Shown here: piece by piece, positions 34,260 to 43,791 of the stretch | How the letters are laid out: every line of letters starts with the position of its first letter | Position numbering within the stretch: the stretch's first letter is position 1 | From: a virus | Reading direction: 5' to 3' (one strand) | Virus record (IMG/VR): IMGVR_UViG_3300044729_001198 | Span: 96,001 to 160,000 of that record | Length of the DNA stretch: 64,000 nucleotides | The notes under the pieces: model-generated | Database searches by the model: none | What the model was told of the DNA's origin: nothing | Seen by the model: only the letters and a program-made list of their open reading frames with translations | Position numbers and translations under genes: made by a program

Positions 34260-35529
34260 TTACTTTTTTCAATTTAGGTAATTGTAAAGTCACTTGTTGT
34301 GGACCTTTACCTACGTTATGTTTTTGTAAAATTTCACCAAGCAGTTCGGTCATGTTCCGAATTGTAAAATTGTCTTTGACAAACTTACGATTTTTTCTTG
34401 ACATTTCCAAACATTTACCATGGTTTTCATAAATATATTTTAAGGTATTAGAAACCTCATTATAATTGATTGTAAACCAATTAGAATCTTTGACCAACCA
34501 ATCGTTAGCAGCTGATGGGTGGATTTGTTCAAGATTCCCACCTACCAAGAAGTTGTATTCTTTATGTAAGAAATCTAAATGACCACTCCAATTTGAAGTC
34601 AAAATAGGTTTACCACTAACACAAGCCTCTAACAATGGTCTACCAAACCCCTCACCTCGTGTTAATGAAACGTGAGCCTTTACTTTCGAATGGTTATATA
34701 ATGAGTTCATCTCATCATCAGTCAAGTCACCATCTACAATATAGATATTAGGTAGGTTTTTAGAATCAACCGTTGACTTGATTAAATCAATACGTTTACG
34801 AATTTCATGTACATTTGTAATTGATGGAGCCACAATCGATGTCTTCAGAATCAGAGCGGGCTTTTTAGTTTTGTTTTTAAAACTTTCAAGAAACGTTTTA
34901 ACCAAACCACTTACATTCTTTCGGTCTTGCATAAATTCACCGGGTAACCAATGACCAACAAATAAGAAAGCAAAGTCTTCTTTTACCGAACCCATAATGT
35001 CATCTACCGACCTATGTACTGGCTTTTTATTATCAAAGATATTTTCGTCAAATCCTTCGAACAAAATTTCAACTGGTTTTTCTAATTTCAATTCACCAAT
35101 TTTTTGTTTGGTTTTTTCATCTTGTTTATCGTATGTAACCTCAAGAGTTTTCTTGGAGTGATTAGATGAAACAATAGTCAAATCCATTCTATTACAACCT
35201 TCGATAAACGCTGGACTTGCTGTATCAGTTTCAATAACAGCACTAACACCTATATTAAAATGACCAACTGACTGAAACTCATTTGGAATTGTAATCTGAA
35301 TCCAAACATCCGGCTTTTGTTGAATTGATGTTATCATTCTTGAAATTAAATCATTGTCGATACCATCAGTAAGAGCCGTTTGAGGTGTATTTCCCCAACG
35401 TTGTGGTAAAATCTTAACATCCCACTCATCTTTTTTTACTTCGATAAGAGAACGTACAAAGTCTCTCGAACGAGACCCATATCCACTTCGAGTTGCGATT
35501 GGGCAACTAACTATACATAACTTTTTCAT
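34252..35529 (-). CDS. GT4-like (GT-B) glycosyltransferase
   Basis: SGYG, FLFVGHW..DRKN, RGEGFGRPLLEA...PIL.SNWSGHLDFL. Confidence 0.85.
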   Translation of the reverse strand: MKKLCIVSCPIATRSGYGSRSRDFVRSLIEVKKDEWDVKILPQRWGNTPQTALTDGIDNDLISRMITSIQQKPDVWIQITIPNEFQSVGHFNIGVSAVIETDTASPAFIEGCNRMDLTIVSSNHSKKTLEVTYDKQDEKTKQKIGELKLEKPVEILFEGFDENIFDNKKPVHRSVDDIMGSVKEDFAFLFVGHWLPGEFMQDRKNVSGLVKTFLESFKNKTKKPALILKTSIVAPSITNVHEIRKRIDLIKSTVDSKNLPNIYIVDGDLTDDEMNSLYNHSKVKAHVSLTRGEGFGRPLLEACVSGKPILTSNWSGHLDFLHKEYNFLVGGNLEQIHPSAANDWLVKDSNWFTINYNEVSNTLKYIYENHGKCLEMSRKNRKFVKDNFTIRNMTELLGEILQKHNVGKGPQQVTLQLPKLKKVNG

Positions 35530-36944
35530 GCTTTATAAATATCAAATCGTTTACGAGGTTTCCAATTTTGGAAACAATCTTCAAATGCTTCGATGAACTT
35601 GTCACCCATTGTTTCGGATGCCATATCACCATCACCAACAACCCACTCATGACCACGTTGACCATAAATTTCTAACCTATCTCTACCATATGAAAATGTA
35701 AGGTTTAGAGCGTTAGCTACATCATGAAAATCACATCGGTCATCAAAGATATACGGAGTCATCGGCGAACCCTGCAATGACCTGTTACTTGGCCAGACAG
35801 GAAAAGCCCACACACCATAAGATATGTCATCCGAATTCGACCACTCTCTATGGTTGTGTAGAGACCCGATTTCTACATAATCTTCGGCTGTTATTTGTTT
35901 ACCAAACAATTCAAAACCACATTGGTCTTGTAGTCCACCGGTGACATTAACAATGATTGGAGTTCCGGCTCGTAGAGCTTCACATGAAGCCAATCCAAAT
36001 CCTTCGTTAGAACCAATATTAAGAATAATATCACCTGAATTATAATATAGATTTAATTCTTGGGTTGTCATTGGTCCGTTTGTGAATTTGTAATCACCAA
36101 ACTTACCATTCCATTTGATTACTTCAGGAATATCAGTTCCATGTTCCGATACTTGTTCGGAGTGTATGAACAAACATACCTTTTTATCTTGATTCGTTTC
36201 GGCAAATTCATTAAATGCAAGAATTACATCTCCTGGAGATTTTCTACGAATGTTTCTATTGTTCCAAAGAACTACAAAGTCATATTTGTCAAGGTCGTAT
36301 TTTTTCTTGAATTCAATCAACGATGTGTCATCACTTGGAACTGGCTTGAACATTTTAGAAACACCATGTGGAATATACTTGTATGCCCAATCTTCTTTAG
36401 GCATTCCATACTTTTCCAATACACGTTTGTTGATACCATAGGTTTGTTTTGATATTGAAATCAATTGGTCACAACTTGCATAAAACGGAGCGTTCCACAT
36501 TGGGTCTGGCAAATCATCCCAAATGTTGTAGTAAATAATTGGTACAAATTGTCTTAACTCAAGCTCCATGTCATACAACCACCCCCAAAAACGTGGGTCA
36601 GTAAAGTGCATGATGGCGTCGGGCTTTTCAATGTTGATTAGTTCTCTGATAACTTCAGGACTACCATATCCGGTATGAGCATAAATTTTAACACTACCAT
36701 CTTCGATTCCGGCTTCTTTACAAGCATCTTCAGAAACATCAAATACCTTACCATGGTCTGGATGTTTTAAAGCAGCTCCCAACTGAACCCAATCATACTT
36801 GTGTAGACTTGAGATGACAATTTCTTTTGATTGAGTGGCAATTCCACTATGTAGCCGTAGGTCGTCTGACAATAAAAGAATCTTCTTTTTCTTTTGACGA
36901 TTCGGGTCTACCTTTTTAAGTTTAGGTAATTTTAATTCTTGCAT
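35526..36944 (-). CDS. GT4-like (GT-B) glycosyltransferase
   Basis: WNNRNIRRK, NEGFGLASCEALRAGTPII. Confidence 0.85.
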   Translation of the reverse strand: MQELKLPKLKKVDPNRQKKKKILLLSDDLRLHSGIATQSKEIVISSLHKYDWVQLGAALKHPDHGKVFDVSEDACKEAGIEDGSVKIYAHTGYGSPEVIRELINIEKPDAIMHFTDPRFWGWLYDMELELRQFVPIIYYNIWDDLPDPMWNAPFYASCDQLISISKQTYGINKRVLEKYGMPKEDWAYKYIPHGVSKMFKPVPSDDTSLIEFKKKYDLDKYDFVVLWNNRNIRRKSPGDVILAFNEFAETNQDKKVCLFIHSEQVSEHGTDIPEVIKWNGKFGDYKFTNGPMTTQELNLYYNSGDIILNIGSNEGFGLASCEALRAGTPIIVNVTGGLQDQCGFELFGKQITAEDYVEIGSLHNHREWSNSDDISYGVWAFPVWPSNRSLQGSPMTPYIFDDRCDFHDVANALNLTFSYGRDRLEIYGQRGHEWVVGDGDMASETMGDKFIEAFEDCFQNWKPRKRFDIYKA

Positions 36945-36959
36945 ATCGTAACTCTTTCT

Positions 36960-36967
36960 AATAAATA
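36960..36967 (-). promoter_or_regulatory. TATTTATT motif heading the glycan island
   Basis: Followed by GAGTTACGATA, which also occurs just upstream of the HNH gene at 1725. Confidence 0.5.
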
Positions 36968-36975
36968 TAGAATTG

Positions 36976-37437
36976 TTATTGTATAAATGTTGCTTTTTTG
37001 TTGTTTCGTTCTAATACACGTTTAAAGTGATTGAACTCACTTCTTGGAATTTCTCCAAAGTAAATAATCTTATCAGCATTCCAAACTATAGTGTCGTACT
37101 GATGTAATTTTTGTGTAGGATGAAATGGTTTTTCATAGTATTCATCGGTCATACCACTGTAAAGATTCATTGGAGTGTGTGCAGGATTGTATTCAATATA
37201 CTTGATACCCATTTCCAAACTAAACTTTCTAACGTGCTTTTCGATACCATTCTGATTACCCCTACTCATAATGATTAGGTCATCATTATATTTTTGTTTT
37301 AGTTTAAATAGCATTTCTTTTAGTTCACCACGAGTTTCGTATTTCTCGCTACCAATTAGTGCTACCTTCATACCCTTATCTTTCTTGAATCTATAGTTAA
37401 TCTTCACCTTTACGGATGTTTTTGGTTTTCTTATCAT
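36976..37437 (-). CDS. SLOG/YspA-like Rossmann-fold protein
   Basis: KVALIGS...IMSRG..NGIE...FSLEMGI..IEY.P.H pattern. Confidence 0.55.
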   Translation of the reverse strand: MIRKPKTSVKVKINYRFKKDKGMKVALIGSEKYETRGELKEMLFKLKQKYNDDLIIMSRGNQNGIEKHVRKFSLEMGIKYIEYNPAHTPMNLYSGMTDEYYEKPFHPTQKLHQYDTIVWNADKIIYFGEIPRSEFNHFKRVLERNNKKATFIQ

Positions 37438-38000
37438 TGAAACTTTTCTTTTAGTTTACGGTCCTCAATAACTTGCTTCAACATAACAACGTAGTTACCA
37501 GCCTCAGCGTAACTATTACCTAAATATCTAAAATAGTCGTCTTCACTACCGATACCCGATAGGAATCTACATTGGTAAAATGCGTAGTCATATACCGACT
37601 CTTCCCAAGAATCATAATATGCGTGATTGTTTTTAGTACCTTTTGCGGTATTAACACGAGACATTGCCTGTTTCATTCCAAACAAGTTATTGTTCTCTTT
37701 AAAGATGTGTGATTTGAAATCACCAGTTTCCAAAATAGATTGTGCCATTACAATATGTGGAAATTTAATCTTTAACTCCTTCATCAAACTCACCAACTCT
37801 TCTTCTTGAAATGGCTCGGAGTTCATGTTAACAAGAACTACATTTTTTTCAAACCTTGATAAGTTTGTTATGTTCTGATACCTACCAATTAGGTATGAGG
37901 TTAAAGTAAGACCAGTCATCATTCCGAATAGAATGAGTGAGGGTTTTACCAACTTAACTCGTTTAAATTGTAGTCGTTTTTTGTCGTACTTGTAAATCAT
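37434..38000 (-). CDS. Membrane-anchored GH73 glucosaminidase-domain protein
   Basis: IVMAQSILETG...NNLFGMK...Y.SWEESV.DY...YAE..NY; N-terminal TM. Confidence 0.8.
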   Translation of the reverse strand: MIYKYDKKRLQFKRVKLVKPSLILFGMMTGLTLTSYLIGRYQNITNLSRFEKNVVLVNMNSEPFQEEELVSLMKELKIKFPHIVMAQSILETGDFKSHIFKENNNLFGMKQAMSRVNTAKGTKNNHAYYDSWEESVYDYAFYQCRFLSGIGSEDDYFRYLGNSYAEAGNYVVMLKQVIEDRKLKEKFQ

Positions 38001-38016
38001 ATATTTGGTTTATTGA

Positions 38017-38964
38017 TTACGATTTTAACCTCTCTGCTTTTACACAAAGGTCGTGATTATCCTTGAATGGACAATATTTACAATTCTTATTCTTTTCACC
38101 AGCAGTTGCTTCAAACACACCATCAGTTCTATATGAACCATCATCGTTAAAAGCACTCTTAACAAATGACTCAAAATTGTTACCGATTTGTTTGAGGGTC
38201 ACACTGCCAGCAGCAGGTTCGAATTCTTGAATTCGACTCTGAGCAAACATAACTTCTTCGTATAACTTACGTTTAAGAATGAAGTATTTTACTTGGATGT
38301 TCTCAATGGGATATCCGTATTGTTTGGAAAAGAACTTCTTGTATAAAACCAACTGAGCGGTTTTTGTTTTATCAGCTTTCTGATATTTGTTCCAACCATT
38401 TGTTGAGGTCTTGATGTCAAGGATTACCATGCGGTTCATAGTAACATCCTCAAATACCAAATCAAGGAATCCCTTCATCATTACATTTTCGTTGGTCTCG
38501 GTTGGATAATAAATCGGCAACTCAACACCTACAAGTTTATAGTGACGTGTACTGAAATACTCACCACGTTTCTTTTGTAAGAAGTTTAGGATTTCCACAC
38601 CATCTTGGTAGAACTCATTCATTTCTTCACGAGAGGTGAACTTGACACCATATATAGCCATAGCTTTTTTGTATTCTTTGGCCATATTGTCCCTCAACAT
38701 GGTGTTCAAGTCCATCTCCTCTGCCTCTTTTACACTATCGCTGTAGATAACCTTTAGCCAGTCTTGAACAACCTCGTGCATAGCAGTACCAAAAATCAAA
38801 TGTATAGATGATTCATCTTTCTTATGACCATCCATATACGTCAGTTTCCATTGTTTAGGACAATTAGCCCACATGGTGTATTGAGAGTAAGATACTTTAG
38901 AGTGTTCTTTCTTCTCTTCGTATGTTGGGAAATTGAATATGTTGGAAACGACTGATTTTTTCAT
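38017..38964 (-). CDS. PD-(D/E)XK nuclease (RecB/Cas4-like exonuclease)
   Basis: SYSQ...CP, FGTAMH, GFLDLV, ILDIKT, QLVLY, CKYCPF. Confidence 0.85.
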   Translation of the reverse strand: MKKSVVSNIFNFPTYEEKKEHSKVSYSQYTMWANCPKQWKLTYMDGHKKDESSIHLIFGTAMHEVVQDWLKVIYSDSVKEAEEMDLNTMLRDNMAKEYKKAMAIYGVKFTSREEMNEFYQDGVEILNFLQKKRGEYFSTRHYKLVGVELPIYYPTETNENVMMKGFLDLVFEDVTMNRMVILDIKTSTNGWNKYQKADKTKTAQLVLYKKFFSKQYGYPIENIQVKYFILKRKLYEEVMFAQSRIQEFEPAAGSVTLKQIGNNFESFVKSAFNDDGSYRTDGVFEATAGEKNKNCKYCPFKDNHDLCVKAERLKS

Positions 38965-38969
38965 CTATA

Positions 38970-39001
38970 CAAATATAATAAATTTTTGGCAGACTGCCAA
39001 A
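38970..39001 (-). promoter_or_regulatory. Bacteroidota-type promoter
   Basis: TTTG-N20-TATATTTG. Confidence 0.8.
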
Positions 39002-39012
39002 CTTTTAGGGAA

Positions 39013-39426
39013 TTATTTTCCCCACTTACCTCTCTGAACGATTTGGGCGATAATACCATACACCGATAAATCTTCGTATGTGTCTTGGATAGACTCACCC
39101 ACCTCATCCGGCTGTCCTAAAACAACCATTTGTTTTAATCTTTGAACCTTGTCATTGATTCTAAACCACAATCCGGTCAAAGACAATCTAACCTCATCTT
39201 GAGTTTGGAGTGCTGTACCAACCGAAATGTTACCCGGTCCATAGTTTCTTTGTTTTTTACAAAATGTAATATACATCTCGTCCAAAATATTTTTAAACTC
39301 TTCAGTAGTTTGTGGATAGTTTTCTTCACAATACGCAACAGCGCTTTGTTCTGGTCGTGATTCTGATGTGTAGGATTCGCCCTTCCACTCTACCTTTGTC
39401 GTTGCTTCTTTAATTACTTCAGCCAT
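39013..39426 (-). CDS. DUF1599 / nucleotide-modification-associated domain 1-like protein
   Basis: FCKKQRNYG..NI...RINDKVQRL...ESIQDTYEDLSVYGII. Confidence 0.7.
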   Translation of the reverse strand: MAEVIKEATTKVEWKGESYTSESRPEQSAVAYCEENYPQTTEEFKNILDEMYITFCKKQRNYGPGNISVGTALQTQDEVRLSLTGLWFRINDKVQRLKQMVVLGQPDEVGESIQDTYEDLSVYGIIAQIVQRGKWGK

Positions 39427-39869
39427 TTTTGTATTTCTTCTTTTTTGATTCCGTATTTTTGTATGATTTCTATCACTTCCGATTGTGGTAAAATCTCAAG
39501 ATAATCCATTACCTCACGAGATGATACATTAAAATGAGTACACAACCACTTAATGATGTTCTCATTCCATTTGTTATCATCTTTACCTTTAACGTATTTA
39601 TCAAAGCTTTTTCTCTTTGGTAGAACATCTAAATAAAACTTGTAAACTTCACGAGTACCCATGTTACCAATGGTAAATTTCTGATACTCATTCACAAGCT
39701 CCAAGTAATCCATGTTCATGGATAGGAAGCGATTCACCATAAACGGCGAAAATGACTTCCTATCCATTTCGGACAAGGATTCCCATGAAGTTTTTTGGTA
39801 GGTTAACCCACCCAAATGGTCGAATAGAGATTTTGCCTTAATCGTGGCAGTATCACTTTTCTTCGCCAT
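39414..39869 (-). CDS. Clamp loader small subunit (T4 gp62-like)
   Basis: FSPFMVNRFLSM...VNEYQ...YKFYLDVLPKRK; adjacent to the large subunit. Confidence 0.8.
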   Translation of the reverse strand: MAKKSDTATIKAKSLFDHLGGLTYQKTSWESLSEMDRKSFSPFMVNRFLSMNMDYLELVNEYQKFTIGNMGTREVYKFYLDVLPKRKSFDKYVKGKDDNKWNENIIKWLCTHFNVSSREVMDYLEILPQSEVIEIIQKYGIKKEEIQKWLK

Positions 39870-40125
39870 TTTCGAATAGTTCTTTCGGTGTAAACTTTGG
39901 ATGTACAGTACCACACTCATTACAAATTACAACCGGAATTGGAAGCAATGACGCTTGACCGGTTGGTGATTGTAGTGCTGGGACTTCTTTGTACATAGTT
40001 ACCTCACTAAAGAAGATACCTTCACAATTAGGACATTCAACTGTTTTTAGTTTGAATGGGTCTAACTGCATTTTCATTTGTTCGGGTTGCTTTTTACCCA
40101 TTTCGATTACTTTACCTTTTGCCAT
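39853..40125 (-). CDS. Zinc-ribbon protein
   Basis: CPNC...CNECG. Confidence 0.65.
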   Translation of the reverse strand: MAKGKVIEMGKKQPEQMKMQLDPFKLKTVECPNCEGIFFSEVTMYKEVPALQSPTGQASLLPIPVVICNECGTVHPKFTPKELFENGEEK

Positions 40126-40126
40126 T

Positions 40127-41041
40127 TTAGATACTTGTTATAATATTTAACATCATCGCCATCACGTTAATTTCTTTGTCTACTACCATTGAGTCTTTGT
40201 ATTGACCATCTGCGATGTTTAGAATAGTCTGACCCACTTTGTTGTTAGCGTATTCATCAACTCGGTCGTACAACAAACGATACAACGGAGTGAAATCTTT
40301 TACACCCGAATCTGCAATGATTTGACGTACACTTACAAATTTAGATTTAGCATCACCATTACCTTGAAGAACCTTGACAACCTCTTCAGCATAATTCGCC
40401 TGAATTGTGGATTGTTTGTCGATTACTAACTTCTTGTTGATGACTTGTCGTTGAGCTGCGTTTAACACCCTACGAATGTCAGGATATCCACTATTAACAA
40501 GAACAGCAAGGTCCGACATTTCAAACTCAACACCTTCAGTTGTTAGAATATCATTCAATCGTTTTGCAACATCCTTTTTTGATGGTGGTGTAATAGCAAA
40601 CGTTTGACAACGTGATTGAATTGGGTCGATGATTTTTTCGACATAGTTACACGTCAAAATGAATCGGGTCGACTTACTAAAAGTTTCCATCAAATTACGG
40701 AGAGCTGCTTGAGCATTTGGTGTCAAGTAATCAGACTCATCCAAAATAATGATTTTCCACTTTCTGAATCCCATTGATGAAGCGAACCCACGGATTTTGT
40801 CACGAACCGTGTCAACGTTGTTCTCATCAGATGCGTTGATGTACATGACATCACAATCAATCTGATTTGTAATGATTTTAGCCAATGTGGTTTTACCCGT
40901 ACCGGCTTGACCATACAACAGCAAATGTGGTACGTCTTCGTTCTCAATGTAGATTTTTACTTTCTCAAGGATATGTTCGTTTCCGACATAACCTTCTAAC
41001 GTATCGGGTCTATATTTTTCAACCCATAATGTATTACTCAT
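40127..41041 (-). CDS. Clamp loader large subunit (T4 gp44/RFC-like AAA+)
   Basis: LWVEKYRP, GQAGTGKTT, INASDE, IILDESD, SRC. Confidence 0.95.
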   Translation of the reverse strand: MSNTLWVEKYRPDTLEGYVGNEHILEKVKIYIENEDVPHLLLYGQAGTGKTTLAKIITNQIDCDVMYINASDENNVDTVRDKIRGFASSMGFRKWKIIILDESDYLTPNAQAALRNLMETFSKSTRFILTCNYVEKIIDPIQSRCQTFAITPPSKKDVAKRLNDILTTEGVEFEMSDLAVLVNSGYPDIRRVLNAAQRQVINKKLVIDKQSTIQANYAEEVVKVLQGNGDAKSKFVSVRQIIADSGVKDFTPLYRLLYDRVDEYANNKVGQTILNIADGQYKDSMVVDKEINVMAMMLNIITSI

Positions 41042-42228
41042 CTTCCTACTTCGTTTAAATACTTTTCTTTTGCGGCTTCCCAAGACATACCAATAATATC
41101 AAGGTAAAATAATGGTTCTGGTTTTATACGACCCTCTTCGTGTAGTTTCTCATAACGAGATACTGCCTTCTTTTTCCACCAATTCATAGTGTATTCATCG
41201 CCTTTAGCAAATTTGTCTTTTAATACCAATTGGTCTTCGGTGATTTCATTTCGGAGAAACTCATTACCATTCTCATACATTTGAGCAAAGTATACACCCC
41301 TCTTAAATCCATGTTGATATTTAGAAGATTTGATACCAAGCTCCTTGAATATCATATTAATGATTTTTTGTTTTACTCCGGTAGCAGGTCCATCGACATT
41401 TGCCTTTTCAGCAGTTTGTCTTGCGTATTCTTCCGGCTGATTTTCCTTCATCCAATGATGCCATACTTCATATACCGAATCATCTGGTTTAGTAGCAACC
41501 TTACCTGCGGACTCACCAAGTGTTTTGAAGTGTGGGATGCCATTGTATTGTGAATGGATTCCATACAAAGATGTAGTACCGACAGCAATCAAAGTCTGAC
41601 CATACTTTTCTTTCCAATACTTTCTTACGATTGGTGATGTAGCCATACAAGCAATCAACTTACCACCCAAGAAGTTGTATCCCAATGGTTGGGTACATAC
41701 AATAGTAGTAGCAATTGTTGTATGATTTAATTTACCATCTTTGTATTTGTTGTCTTGAGTCCACCCAATATAAGCATCCCTTACACCCAAAGAGGTGACA
41801 TCTGAACCTAACGAAATCATACCTAATACCTTACCACTAACTCGGTCTTTAACATAAATCTTGACATTACGACCGGGATTGGCTGAAAAAGCCATGGTGT
41901 GAATTAGTTTACGGATTTCAGTCCAACGAGTCGATTCTTTAGAATCATCAACAATCTCTACATAGGGTTCGAGTGCCATAACCTCTTTTATAGTTTGTTC
42001 TTTATTATAGATGTCAGTTGGCATCCACAAAGAATCAATATAAGTAGCCATAGCAGCCTTCCTCTTCATTGAGGATGGTAGGTCGGAATTCCACTCTTCC
42101 CATTTCTTGTAAAGAGTTTGTTCTTCAACAGACATAGAAGAAAGGTAGTCCATATTATCTATGAACTTTTTCTTTTCAGCCGTGTAGTCGAACTCCGGTT
42201 TCGCTGGTTCAGTATCCCAAAAACTCAT
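41038..42228 (-). CDS. DUF4338 (DruA-like, Mom/GNAT-related) protein
   Basis: PGRN..IYV.D..SGKVLG.ISLGSD...RDAYIGW...QPLGYNFLGGKLIA...TTSLYG..SQYN. Confidence 0.7.
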   Translation of the reverse strand: MSFWDTEPAKPEFDYTAEKKKFIDNMDYLSSMSVEEQTLYKKWEEWNSDLPSSMKRKAAMATYIDSLWMPTDIYNKEQTIKEVMALEPYVEIVDDSKESTRWTEIRKLIHTMAFSANPGRNVKIYVKDRVSGKVLGMISLGSDVTSLGVRDAYIGWTQDNKYKDGKLNHTTIATTIVCTQPLGYNFLGGKLIACMATSPIVRKYWKEKYGQTLIAVGTTSLYGIHSQYNGIPHFKTLGESAGKVATKPDDSVYEVWHHWMKENQPEEYARQTAEKANVDGPATGVKQKIINMIFKELGIKSSKYQHGFKRGVYFAQMYENGNEFLRNEITEDQLVLKDKFAKGDEYTMNWWKKKAVSRYEKLHEEGRIKPEPLFYLDIIGMSWEAAKEKYLNEVGR

Positions 42229-42923
42229 TACTTAATCTCTACTAAATAGTAATTAGATTTAAACCCATCATGTTCGAATGCAACATGAGCAAGACCTTGA
42301 GACGAAATCTTCAAAGAAGATGCTTTTGCACCTCGGTTAGCATTCAAGATTTCTTTAAGGTATTTAGCCGAGAATGAAATTGGTTCAACGTCAGATACAC
42401 AAGTACACTCAACGTTGATGGAAATTCGGTTCGAGTTAATTTTAGAATATCCCAAAATAACCTCACCTTTGTTACCCTTACACTTAAATGTAAATGTGTC
42501 GGAGTCACTCAAAGCACCTTTTGATTTGATGAACTTACCAACGAACTCATCGTCAAGTGTAACGTTTGAACCAAACTCCGGAAGAGTTTTCAGTTCAGGA
42601 ACTACAGGAATTACTGACAAGTCAGCCAACATATAGTTTACAGACGTACCATTGTCTGAAAATACTAATGATGCCTCACCTTGTTCTACTTTGACGTTTG
42701 AATCCAAAACACCAAGAAGACCTTTTAGTTGTGAAGTCGTGTAAACACCAAACTCACCATTTGGAAATTCTTTCTCTTCAGTCTCAACACTACCCAATAG
42801 GGTTTTGTCATCGGAGATGAATCGAACAGACATTCCTTCATCAGTTGAGTTGATTTTTACGGATTCAACCTCACCACCCAAATTGTAACGGGCTACAAAC
42901 CCTTCAAATGAACTTTTTTTCAT
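42228..42923 (-). CDS. DNA polymerase sliding clamp (gp45-like)
   Basis: 231 aa, acidic, two-repeat beta/alpha pattern; located in the clamp-loader/polymerase operon. Confidence 0.7.
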   Translation of the reverse strand: MKKSSFEGFVARYNLGGEVESVKINSTDEGMSVRFISDDKTLLGSVETEEKEFPNGEFGVYTTSQLKGLLGVLDSNVKVEQGEASLVFSDNGTSVNYMLADLSVIPVVPELKTLPEFGSNVTLDDEFVGKFIKSKGALSDSDTFTFKCKGNKGEVILGYSKINSNRISINVECTCVSDVEPISFSAKYLKEILNANRGAKASSLKISSQGLAHVAFEHDGFKSNYYLVEIK

Positions 42924-42943
42924 GTTTTTATTTTTTATTTAGA

Positions 42944-42975
42944 CAAATATACGAAATTATTTTGAATTATCCAAA
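42944..42975 (-). promoter_or_regulatory. Bacteroidota-type promoter
   Basis: TTTG-N20-TATATTTG. Confidence 0.8.
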
Positions 42976-43578
42976 CCATTGGTGGATTTTTTGCTTTCTT
43001 TTTTTGAATCGGTAAATGTAAATGTTCTTTGTAAGGGTTTCCACATACTTAGCACTTCCATCATCCAATGCGTTTTTCAATTCAATAGCAACGGGCTTTA
43101 GTTTCCCATTGTGTTTGTTTCTTAAAGTTTTGTCGTGATACCTACGACCATTCCACATAATAACCCTTCCGGCTGAAGTTTCACCTACACATTCAAAGTT
43201 TGTAGCTTTATAAACCACACCTTCATGTCCAAATGTTTTATCAGCATATGAGATTATCATTTCTAAATCAGTATTTCGTTGTAACCACCGAAGCGTCCAA
43301 CCTATGAAATAAGATTCAGTATTCTTTGGAGTATCATCAATACACACGAGTCGTTTTAACTCCAAAATCTTTGATGGATTGTTGGTGTACTTTTCAGCAA
43401 CCCCAACCATACCCAACGACCCATACACCATAGCACCAATCATAGTATCACCATCCATCAACTTAAAGCAATATGAAATGTGTAATCCATTCATATTTTT
43501 TGAATAGTGATGAGTTTCCACAAATTTTACAATCTCACTCCGTGGACATAATTCTACTATGTAATTGGTTACACTCAT
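42967..43578 (-). CDS. mom: Mom-like DNA modification protein 1
   Basis: HHYSK...IGAMVYG...LELKRLV...NTESYFIG..L.WL...IISYAD...GHEG.VYKATNF. Confidence 0.8.
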   Translation of the reverse strand: MSVTNYIVELCPRSEIVKFVETHHYSKNMNGLHISYCFKLMDGDTMIGAMVYGSLGMVGVAEKYTNNPSKILELKRLVCIDDTPKNTESYFIGWTLRWLQRNTDLEMIISYADKTFGHEGVVYKATNFECVGETSAGRVIMWNGRRYHDKTLRNKHNGKLKPVAIELKNALDDGSAKYVETLTKNIYIYRFKKRKQKIHQWFG

Positions 43579-43781
43579 TAATTTGTTCGATTGTTGAACT
43601 CGTCCTCCAACATTTCATTAATTTTTTCAATGGTGTACGCATTTTGTAAAACTGAATCTAACACATCGTACGCGCCATCCTCCGAAATATCACCATATCG
43701 GTGGACATCATCGGTGTGCCAGAGATTATCTACATAGTAACCATGTTCTTTTAATACTTGTTTTGCTTGTTCAATATTCAT
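43578..43781 (-). CDS. Hypothetical acidic protein
   Basis: ORF from MNIEQAK. Confidence 0.55.
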   Translation of the reverse strand: MNIEQAKQVLKEHGYYVDNLWHTDDVHRYGDISEDGAYDVLDSVLQNAYTIEKINEMLEDEFNNRTN

Positions 43782-43791
43782 ATCATTCAAA

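Noticed and set aside
38017-38964. Cas4-like nuclease as evidence of a CRISPR-Cas system
   Set aside because: No repeat-spacer array or other cas genes were seen; such nucleases are common in phage replication modules.
41038-42228. Druantia anti-phage system
   Set aside because: Only a DUF4338-like gene is present, embedded between clamp and clamp loader; no DruB-E or large helicase partner.
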